This document shows, piece after piece, positions 7,548 to 14,015 of a stretch of 36,220 bases of DNA. The DNA comes from a virus (Duplodnaviria > Caudoviricetes), in the IMG/VR virus record IMGVR_UViG_3300044260_000048, positions 1 to 36,220 of that record. One strand, 5' to 3'. Position 1 is the stretch's first letter, and every line of letters starts with the position of its first letter. The position numbers and the translations under genes are program-made. The notes beneath the pieces were generated by a model. It saw nothing but the letters and a program-made list of their open reading frames with translations, searched no databases and had not been told where the DNA came from.

Positions 7548-7572
7548 CGCCCGGCCCACGGTCGCGCCAGCC
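7542..7572. repeat. 31-bp direct repeat, copy 2
   Basis: Identical to 6509-6539. Confidence 0.95.
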
Positions 7573-7888
7573 GGTCCCGGCCGAACACCGGGCGCCCCAT
7601 CTCAGCGGCCGCCATCTCGTCGGCGGTGGCCGCGAGGGCGCCCGCGGTGGCGAGCTGCGTCTCGGCCCGTTCTCGGAGCCGTTGGGCCATCTCCCGGGCC
7701 TCCTGAGCGGTCCTGACGAGCCACACGCCCCGGCTCCCCGAGCCGATGGGCTCACCCGCGAGACGGAGGGCCTGGAGGGCCGCCTCGACCTCGCGGCGGG
7801 GGATGCCCGTCGCCTGTTCGAGGTCCGCGATCGTGCGCGGCGCGTTCGAGGCTTGGAGGGTCGCGAGGACGAGTTCGGGGTCAGTCAT
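7544..7888 (-). CDS. Winged-helix DNA-binding protein
   Basis: TIADLEQATGIPRREVEAALQALRLAGEPIGSGSRGVW; ATG 7888. Confidence 0.7.
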   Translation of the reverse strand: MTDPELVLATLQASNAPRTIADLEQATGIPRREVEAALQALRLAGEPIGSGSRGVWLVRTAQEAREMAQRLRERAETQLATAGALAATADEMAAAEMGRPVFGRDRLARPWAGR

Positions 7889-8184
7889 GCGACCGTTCCG
7901 AGGTACGCGAGCAGCGCCGGCCGCCACGTCCTCCCGGCCTCGGTCTTCAGGCGGTGATGGACGGCGCAGAGCATCACGAGGTTGTCGGGCTCCGTTCGAC
8001 TCTTGCGTCCGAGCGCCCCTGAGGCCCGGACGTGGTCGAGCTCCGTCCGCCCGTTGCACGGCCCGGGCATCCCCACCCGGCGCCCGACGCAGCCCCGGTC
8101 CCGGCGGTAGACGTCGAGGCGAACGTCCGTCGGGATGACCGTGCCCCGTGAGGCGTGGAGCGGGGTGTAACGGCGGAGGGTCAT
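7885..8184 (-). CDS. Small HNH nuclease in the recombination module
   Basis: RDRGC...C...ELDHV...DNLVMLCAVHHRLK. Confidence 0.8.
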   Translation of the reverse strand: MTLRRYTPLHASRGTVIPTDVRLDVYRRDRGCVGRRVGMPGPCNGRTELDHVRASGALGRKSRTEPDNLVMLCAVHHRLKTEAGRTWRPALLAYLGTVA

Positions 8185-8828
8185 GCGACTTGCGGCCACA
8201 TGCCGCCGCGGTTGCGGTGCGGGCCCGTGTGACCGGGCGCGAGGGCGCACGGCCCCGTGTCGAGGGTGGCGTCTTCCGCGAGGCAGTAGGCGGGCTTGTC
8301 GGTGAGGGCGGCCAGCTCGTCGTCGGGGACGTCGGGCGGGAGAGTGGACGCCGGCACCGGGGCTGGGCCGCGACGGGCGCGTGGCGCGCGCTCGGGGGTC
8401 TCGGCCGCCTCGGGATCGTCGCCGGTCGAGAGCAGGAAGCCCATGAGGAGCGCGTACTTCATGGCGTTCGTCTGGGCCTTGCCGGAGTACTTGTCCCCGC
8501 CGTCCGCGCCGGCCCCGAATGACTGGATGACGATGCTCTCGCCCGACTCACCGTCGGTGATCGTCCAGTCCATGAGCACGTCCACGGTGGTCATGGACCC
8601 GCCGGCCTTCGTTCCGTGCTCGCTCTGGCCGACCACGGCCAGGCGTGTCGGCATCATGGTGAGGACGTTCTCGGCGAGCGCCTTGCGGATGTAGTCCGCA
8701 GCGTCCCCGACCTGGACAAACTCGAAGCCGCCCATCGCCGCAGGGGCCCGGCCCCGCTTCGGGATCCGCTCCGCCTCGTACATGATCTGCGCGAGCTTGC
8801 GGTGCAGGCTGCGCGTCGGCTCGCTCAC
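8181..8828 (-). CDS. erf: ERF-family single-strand annealing protein
   Basis: GADGGDKYSGKAQTNAMKYALLMGFLLSTGDDPE; GTG 8828. Confidence 0.85.
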   Translation of the reverse strand: MSEPTRSLHRKLAQIMYEAERIPKRGRAPAAMGGFEFVQVGDAADYIRKALAENVLTMMPTRLAVVGQSEHGTKAGGSMTTVDVLMDWTITDGESGESIVIQSFGAGADGGDKYSGKAQTNAMKYALLMGFLLSTGDDPEAAETPERAPRARRGPAPVPASTLPPDVPDDELAALTDKPAYCLAEDATLDTGPCALAPGHTGPHRNRGGMWPQVA

Positions 8829-9631
8829 CCGTCCGTCCCCGTGGGCGCCATCCGGCACGGCCCGCCCATGAGCGGGTTGTACTGGCACGTCAGGCACAGG
8901 CCGGCGTTCTTGGGCCCCGAGGGGAACGTCCAGTTCACGGGGACCTCGGCTCGCCGGTTGAGGAGCTCGTCGGCCCGCTTGGCGCGGACGTAGGCCGCTA
9001 CCCGTTCTCGTGTCCATGAGCGGAAGTCCTCCGTCACATCGCTCTCGATGACCTGCCAGTACGGCTTGACGAGCCGCACCCAGGCGAAGTACCCGACCCG
9101 CGGCACGGCCGCGCCCGTCTCCTCCTCGACCATGAGGGCGTAGAGACCGAGCTCGACCGAGCGGGCCGTCTCCTTCGCCCGCTTGCTCGTCTTCACGTCG
9201 TACACGGCGCCCGAGGCGAGGACGATGTCGGGGTGGCCGTCGACCTCGCCCCAGTCCTCGAGCGGCACGTTCACGTGCGGCTGGAGGCGGCAGAACGACC
9301 AGTCGTACTTGGGCAGGACGTCCGTCCCGAACCGCGTGATGGCCCGCTCGACCTCGTTGAAGTCGACCTCGATCCCGTCGCGTTCGATGACGAGCGCCGC
9401 GGCCTCCAGGGGTTTCGCCGTGTCGGGGAAGCCCGCGCGCGCGGCCGTCAGGAGGTTCTCGACGCCCGCATCGACAGCGGAGCCGAACGTGACGTCGGGG
9501 TTCGGGATGAACGGCCGGCGGTCATGGATCTCCAGCCACGCCTTCTGTCCGCAGAGCTCCGCGACGGCGAGGGCCGACTTGGAGAGGGCGGTGCGCTCCG
9601 AGAGGTCCGGCCGCTCGACGACTGCGGTCAT
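8825..9631 (-). CDS. PD-(D/E)xK exonuclease, Cas4/RecB-like, with a putative Fe-S cluster
   Basis: N-terminal Cys, GHPD...DVKT, ELGLY, C-terminal CLTC...C; next to ERF. Confidence 0.85.
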   Translation of the reverse strand: MTAVVERPDLSERTALSKSALAVAELCGQKAWLEIHDRRPFIPNPDVTFGSAVDAGVENLLTAARAGFPDTAKPLEAAALVIERDGIEVDFNEVERAITRFGTDVLPKYDWSFCRLQPHVNVPLEDWGEVDGHPDIVLASGAVYDVKTSKRAKETARSVELGLYALMVEEETGAAVPRVGYFAWVRLVKPYWQVIESDVTEDFRSWTRERVAAYVRAKRADELLNRRAEVPVNWTFPSGPKNAGLCLTCQYNPLMGGPCRMAPTGTDG

Positions 9632-9864
9632 CGGGCGAACTCCAGCTCGGCGCTGTTCCACTCCGTCCAGCCGAGGTCGGCCAGGCGCTTGGCGATGCGC
9701 TGGTCGAGCGCTGCGGCGTCCTCGTCGAGCCGCCGCTCCATCTCGAAGTCCGCGTGCGCCTGGCGCACGAACTCCTCGAGCTGCTGAGGGAGGTCCGGCG
9801 CCTCCTCGAGCGCGCGTCCGACGTGCTCCCTGATGTCCGTGCAGCCGGGCTGGTGGACTGCCAT
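9628..9864 (-). CDS. Hypothetical acidic helical protein
   Basis: 78 aa, AGGAG SD upstream, ATGA coupling downstream. Confidence 0.65.
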   Translation of the reverse strand: MAVHQPGCTDIREHVGRALEEAPDLPQQLEEFVRQAHADFEMERRLDEDAAALDQRIAKRLADLGWTEWNSAELEFAR

Positions 9865-9891
9865 GCGACACTGCTCCTGTCTGCGAAGACA

Positions 9892-9933
9892 TCGACCGCC
9901 CCGCCTTCTTTCGGAGGACGACGGGGCGGTCGA
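9892..9933 (-). terminator. Long hairpin after the first two early genes (attenuator/terminator)
   Basis: TCGACCGCCCCG (9892-9903) pairs with CGGGGCGGTCGA (9922-9933). Confidence 0.5.
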
Positions 9934-9934
9934 A

Positions 9935-10093
9935 CTACTCCCGACGTCCCCGAGACGTCGGCCCGGCGGTGCGGGTGAGGGAATAGACGCTCGCGGCGAT
10001 CGCCACGAACCCGGCGATGACGCCGAGGCCGACGACCAGCTGGAGGAGCGTCGAGAAGGCCTGGAGGAAGGGGGCCATCAGGTCGGGGGTCAT
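9935..10093 (-). CDS. Small single-TM protein
   Basis: MTPDLMAPFLQAFSTLLQLVVGLGVIAGFVAIAASVYSL...; ATGA overlap with cro. Confidence 0.6.
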   Translation of the reverse strand: MTPDLMAPFLQAFSTLLQLVVGLGVIAGFVAIAASVYSLTRTAGPTSRGRRE

Positions 10094-10284
10094 GCCGCCA
10101 CCTCCACGCCGAGGACGAGCGAGACGCGGCGCAGCCACTCCTTCGAGGGCTCGAGCTCGCCCCGGCTGTACGCGTAGACCGTCCGGCGGCTTTTCCCGGT
10201 GTTGTCGGCGAGCCAGCCGATCGAGCGACCTTGGTAGCGCAGGACGTTGCGCCAGTTCGGTGCTGTGGTTTCCGCGGTCTGCAT
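10090..10284 (-). CDS. Cro-like XRE HTH protein
   Basis: SIGWLADNTGKSRRTVYAYSRGELEPS; divergent from the repressor. Confidence 0.85.
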   Translation of the reverse strand: MQTAETTAPNWRNVLRYQGRSIGWLADNTGKSRRTVYAYSRGELEPSKEWLRRVSLVLGVEVAA

Positions 10285-10319
10285 GGCTAGACACTAGCGA
10301 ATCGCGGAACCGCTGTCAA
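10285..10319 (-). promoter_or_regulatory. Early lytic sigma70-type promoter, probably leaderless
   Basis: TTGACA (10319-10314)-17 bp-TAGTGT (10296-10291)-6 nt-ATG. Confidence 0.75.
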
Positions 10320-10388
10320 CGTCTTTACAGCCACAATCTCGGGGTGTACCGTCCGCGATTGACGGAACGTGGTGCGTTCTGGCACCAC
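10300..10388. promoter_or_regulatory. Candidate operators in the immunity region
   Basis: Imperfect palindrome GCTGTCAA-cgtc-TTTACAGC (10312-10331) over the -35; inverted pair AATCGCGGA (10300) / TCCGCGATT (10352); GTGGTGC-N6-GCACCAC (10369-10388). Confidence 0.45.
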
Positions 10389-10408
10389 TTCGTCGGAGGC
10401 ACGGCTCT

Positions 10409-10780
10409 ATGCCCGAGCCGTTGACGAGGGGCGAGTCCCTGAAGCGAGCCGTCCTCTCAGCAGCTGCTGCCGAGGGGATCTACTCCCTCGCGGACCTCGC
10501 CCGGCGGGCCCACGTGAACAAGGACACGATGGGCAAGTGGTTCAGCGAAGCGAGCACCCCGACCGACGAGACGTTCGCTCTGGTCGCTTCCGCCATCAGC
10601 CGACCGGTCAGCTATCTGTGGGATGCCTGGGAAGGCCGTCAGAAGCCCTCAGGCGACGCGATCCGCGAAGCCGTGGCCGTTGGCGTCGCCGAGGGCCTCG
10701 AGCGGTTCCTGGGCCGTCCTGGGGCGGCAGAAGCAATGCGACGAGCGCGGCCTCGACAGCCGCGGCCACCGTCTCGGTGA
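10409..10780 (+). CDS. CI-like immunity repressor (XRE HTH, no S24 peptidase domain)
   Basis: SLADLARRAHVNKDTMGKWFSEASTP; GGAGG SD; divergent from cro. Confidence 0.8.
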   Translation: MPEPLTRGESLKRAVLSAAAAEGIYSLADLARRAHVNKDTMGKWFSEASTPTDETFALVASAISRPVSYLWDAWEGRQKPSGDAIREAVAVGVAEGLERFLGRPGAAEAMRRARPRQPRPPSR

Positions 10781-10805
10781 TGAGCTCGAGATCCCGCTCG
10801 TCCAC
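10608..10805 (-). CDS. Putative antisense ORF over the repressor 3' half (candidate antirepressor)
   Basis: GGAGG-6 nt-GTG start; MDERDLELITETVAAAVEAALVALL; own promoter upstream. Confidence 0.4.
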   Translation of the reverse strand: MDERDLELITETVAAAVEAALVALLLPPQDGPGTARGPRRRQRPRLRGSRRLRASDGLPRHPTDS

Positions 10806-10890
10806 GACTGACCTCCGGGTCGATCGTGCCCCTGCAAGTGACGGCCCGGGCAGTTGGGTCGGGAGCCGGCGGGGTGGTGCCGGGCGGCTA

Positions 10891-10919
10891 AGGATAGAAC
10901 GGGCGTTCGATGGCGGCAA
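10891..10919 (-). promoter_or_regulatory. Sigma70-type promoter firing antisense into the repressor gene
   Basis: TTGCCG (10919-10914)-17 bp-TATCCT (10896-10891). Confidence 0.55.
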
Positions 10920-10957
10920 GGGGGGGCTGGCCACGGAGATGCAGACAGGAGGAACTG

Positions 10958-11056
10958 GTGCGGACGCTCATCCGAGCCCTGCTCATGACCGCTATCGCCA
11001 TCGCGGCGGTTGTGCTCGTCGCGATCCTGCTGCGTGAAGCGGGGCTCATGCTCTAG
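10958..11056 (+). CDS. 32-aa single-TM peptide (not in the ORF track)
   Basis: AGGAGG SD, GTG start; MRTLIRALLMTAIAIAAVVLVAILLREAGLML. Confidence 0.6.
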   Translation: MRTLIRALLMTAIAIAAVVLVAILLREAGLML

Positions 11057-11087
11057 GTCCGCAGCCGCGTCCTCGTCGACCGCTCTC

Positions 11088-11258
11088 TCAGCGTGGAGTC
11101 GCCGGCGGGACCAGGATCCGGCGAGGCCGGTAGATGAGCCGGCTCACGTAGACCGTCTGGCTGCCGGTGCCGACCGCCTGGAACGCTCTGCCGATGCCGA
11201 CCTGGGCGATCGCCCCACCGGCTGCGGGGTTGTACGGCGCCGTCCAGGCAGACCAGCC
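11088..11258 (-). pseudogene. Start-less relic resembling a tail-fibre C-terminus
   Basis: GWSAWTAPYNPAAGGAIAQVGIGRAFQAVGTGSQTVYVSRLIYRPRR...stop; GC3-rich codons; no start codon before the upstream in-frame stop. Confidence 0.4.
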
Positions 11259-11260
11259 AT

Positions 11261-12046
11261 ATGGTAGCCGCGAAAGGTTTCGACACCTTGGTGCCCGCGC
11301 GCGCCAGCTACGTTGTCACGCGGGTCGCGATCGGCGTCCTGCTCGTCATTCTCGCGGCCGAGGTCTGGGTCGGCCTGACGAACCCGCTCGGGCTCCTGCG
11401 CCAGATGGGCGGCGACTATCGGCTCTATACCGGCGCGGCGCGGACGTGGCTCGCGGGCGACGGCTTCTACCGCGACTGGCAGCTCGCCGGGCCATACGAG
11501 GTGACGCTCGCGCCCGGCTCCCGCGGGTCGACGGCGATCCTCTATCCGCCGGTCGCGCTCGCGCTCTTCGTGCCCTTCAGCTTCCTGCCCGCGTTCCTAT
11601 GGTGGGCGGTGCCGCTGCTCGCGATCGGCGCGATGCTCGCCTACTGGCGCCCCTCGCCCTGGGGCTGGACCGCCATCCTCGCCTGTCTCGTCTACCCGAC
11701 GAGCTGGGCGATCGTCACGAACGGGAACCCGTCGTTGTGGGTGGCCGCCGTCGTGGCACTCGCGACGCGCTGGCCGTTCCTCGGGCCGTTCGCCTTCCTG
11801 AAGCCGACCCTCGGCTGGCTCGGGCTCGGCGGACTCCGGCGGCGCGAGTGGTGGCTCGGGGCTCTCGCGTTCGCGCTGCTCTGCCTCGCCTTCGCCCCGA
11901 TGTGGCTCGACTACCTGACGGTCGCCCGCAACGCCCGAGGGGCCGTGCTCGACCCGATGTATTCGCTCTCGAACGTGCCGACGATCGCGGTCGGCCTCAT
12001 CGCCTGGGCGACTAGGACCGCAGCAGCGCCCGCAGGACGTCGGTGA
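11261..12046 (+). CDS. GT87 (DUF2029/PimE-like, GT-C fold) polytopic glycosyltransferase; lysogenic-conversion gene
   Basis: GDYRLY, LYPP, GN and LKP motifs with many TM helices; start uncertain. Confidence 0.75.
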   Translation: MVAAKGFDTLVPARASYVVTRVAIGVLLVILAAEVWVGLTNPLGLLRQMGGDYRLYTGAARTWLAGDGFYRDWQLAGPYEVTLAPGSRGSTAILYPPVALALFVPFSFLPAFLWWAVPLLAIGAMLAYWRPSPWGWTAILACLVYPTSWAIVTNGNPSLWVAAVVALATRWPFLGPFAFLKPTLGWLGLGGLRRREWWLGALAFALLCLAFAPMWLDYLTVARNARGAVLDPMYSLSNVPTIAVGLIAWATRTAAAPAGRR

Positions 12047-12371
12047 GGTCGTTGAGGTAGCCGATCTCGTCGGCCTCGCGCTGTGTCGCGGTGAGGGCCT
12101 GCCACGCCGCGAGCGTGCGCGTGCGGAACGTTCGCAGCTCGGCGAGCTGGGGCTTGATCGCCTGGAACTCGGCGAGGGTGAGGTCCGCCGTGATGCCGAA
12201 CCGCGCCATCGTCTGGAGGTCGGAGAGGACTGCCTGCTCGGCCGTCGTGAGCGGCGGGTCGAAGATCCACGCCCCCGTCGCGCCGTCCCAGCCCGTGACC
12301 GGGCGAAGGTACGCGGCGCAGAGATCCTTGAGGAGCATCGCCGCCGCGTCCGGCATCTTGTCGTTCGCCAT
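12012..12371 (-). CDS. Hypothetical helical protein after the tail fibre (possible fibre chaperone)
   Basis: ATG 12371 with GAGGG SD; position. Confidence 0.6.
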   Translation of the reverse strand: MANDKMPDAAAMLLKDLCAAYLRPVTGWDGATGAWIFDPPLTTAEQAVLSDLQTMARFGITADLTLAEFQAIKPQLAELRTFRTRTLAAWQALTATQREADEIGYLNDLTDVLRALLRS

Positions 12372-12379
12372 CGTTCCCT

Positions 12380-13759
12380 CTAGGTGAACCTGATCCAGTC
12401 GCAGGCGACCTCGGCGGCCTGCGCGAGGCCGCGGCCGACGCACAGCCCGGCGTTGGCGGGCGTCAGGCCCGACGCGAGGCCGGTTGCATCGGTCCGCCAG
12501 AAGAGCCCGTCGAACGAGTGGGCGACGTCTACGTTCGTCCCCGAGTTGACGACCATCCGCATGTAGAGCGTGCCTGGCAGGAAGGTGGGATTGAAGACGT
12601 TGGTCTGAGTGCCGATCGTCGTGTTGTTCGACCACTGGAACGTCCAGAGTTGGACGGCGCCGGCGTTGTAGAGGATGACGAACGTGAACAGAGCGCCGGG
12701 CGAGGTGGCCGTGATCATCGGCCCCTGGCACTGGTAGCTGTCGCCGAAACGGAAGCCCGTCAGCTTGGTCGTCACGGTGAACGGCGTTGAGGGCGCAGCC
12801 TTGTAGATGCCATCGACGCGCGACGCGAGGACCGACTGCTGGCCGTGCCAGTTGCTCGCGAAGTCGGTGACGTTCGAGACGGCGAGCGTCCCGAGCGTCG
12901 TCCAGCCCGACAGTGCCTCGAACTCGTCATCGTAGGAGGACGGGCTGCCTGGCACCGCGTCGGGCGAGCCCTTGAGGCCGGGGATCGTGACCGAACCCAT
13001 GCCCGAACTGACCTGAACGACATCGCTTGCCGAGCCGCCGCTGCCCCAGCGAGTGCCGAGCGTCTCGCCCGAGTCGGCGATCAGGACCTCGTCGTCCACG
13101 CCGATCGGCAGGACGTCCCACGCCGCGCCGTCCCAGACGAGGAGGTCGCCCGGGTCGGTCCCGTCGGGGACGGTGCCCGAGCCGACGGCTGTCGTGCTCG
13201 CCCAGACGGCCGCGCCGACGGTCGCATCGAGACACACGAACTCCTCCGCGCCGGTGAGGTTGAGCCAGCGCGAGCCCGGCCGGAAGCCGTCGGCGCTGTC
13301 ATCGCCCGTCGTCGGGTTGGTCGTCGTGACGGTGTTCTTGCGCCACTTGAGGCCCGTGCTCTCCGAGGCGAGCGAGATGAAGTCCGACTCGTCGGCTCCG
13401 ACCGGGAGGCGGGCGGCCGTATCGGCGGCCGTCGCCGCGATGAGGTCGCCCTTTGCGTCAAGGATCGTCGCGGGAATCCCCGTGGCCTCCGAAGCCGCCT
13501 CCTCGATGGCCGCCTGGACGTTCGTCGCGGCGATCGTGCCGGCCGGGACGAAGCTGATCGCGCTCGCGTCGTGGGCGTCGGTCGGGTCGGCGAGATGCTC
13601 GTCGATCGCACCCTGGACGGTCGTCGAGATGAGGCCCGATCCACTGTTGTCGTAGGCGGTGTTCGTGCCGTAGCCGAGCCGTTGACGGGCAACCGTTGTC
13701 TCCAGCCGCTTGAGGCGGTCGAGGATGCGGCGGAGGGCCTCGCCGATGGGATCGTTCAT
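12380..13759 (-). CDS. Tail fibre / receptor-binding protein
   Basis: N-terminal coiled coil (ILDRLKRLE), two VQxAIxE repeats, two GDL...LPxG...GxxW repeats, C-terminal beta-sandwich ending ACDWIRFT. Confidence 0.8.
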   Translation of the reverse strand: MNDPIGEALRRILDRLKRLETTVARQRLGYGTNTAYDNSGSGLISTTVQGAIDEHLADPTDAHDASAISFVPAGTIAATNVQAAIEEAASEATGIPATILDAKGDLIAATAADTAARLPVGADESDFISLASESTGLKWRKNTVTTTNPTTGDDSADGFRPGSRWLNLTGAEEFVCLDATVGAAVWASTTAVGSGTVPDGTDPGDLLVWDGAAWDVLPIGVDDEVLIADSGETLGTRWGSGGSASDVVQVSSGMGSVTIPGLKGSPDAVPGSPSSYDDEFEALSGWTTLGTLAVSNVTDFASNWHGQQSVLASRVDGIYKAAPSTPFTVTTKLTGFRFGDSYQCQGPMITATSPGALFTFVILYNAGAVQLWTFQWSNNTTIGTQTNVFNPTFLPGTLYMRMVVNSGTNVDVAHSFDGLFWRTDATGLASGLTPANAGLCVGRGLAQAAEVACDWIRFT

Positions 13760-13992
13760 GGCGTCGGCGGGCTCGGGAGGACGAGCCTGAGACGGGCGAG
13801 CGTGGTTTCGACCGCCGCGGCGTCGACGCCCGCGTCGGGCTCCTCTCCGATCTCGCGGAGGCCGTCGGTGCGCCAGATGAGGATCGCCGCTGGCGGGTAT
13901 TCCTCGATGTGGGCGAGCAGGCGCTCTCCCATCTCGATGTAGACCCTGACGCGACTCGGATGACCGATCGGCTGATCGCCCGGATGCTTCAT
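13756..13992 (-). CDS. Hypothetical protein, cassette between hub and fibre
   Basis: AAAGGAG SD; flanked by 21-bp imperfect direct repeats. Confidence 0.6.
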   Translation of the reverse strand: MKHPGDQPIGHPSRVRVYIEMGERLLAHIEEYPPAAILIWRTDGLREIGEEPDAGVDAAAVETTLARLRLVLPSPPTP

Positions 13993-14015
13993 CGTGGGGC
14001 TCCTTTCATCGGCCG

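Noticed and set aside
6558-8184. Restriction-modification pair (MTase plus neighbouring HNH)
   Set aside because: The HNH lies outside the repeat-bounded cassette, and orphan MTases are common in phage early regions
8825-9631. CRISPR-Cas system suggested by the Cas4-like nuclease
   Set aside because: No repeat-spacer array or other cas genes; it sits with ERF in a recombination module
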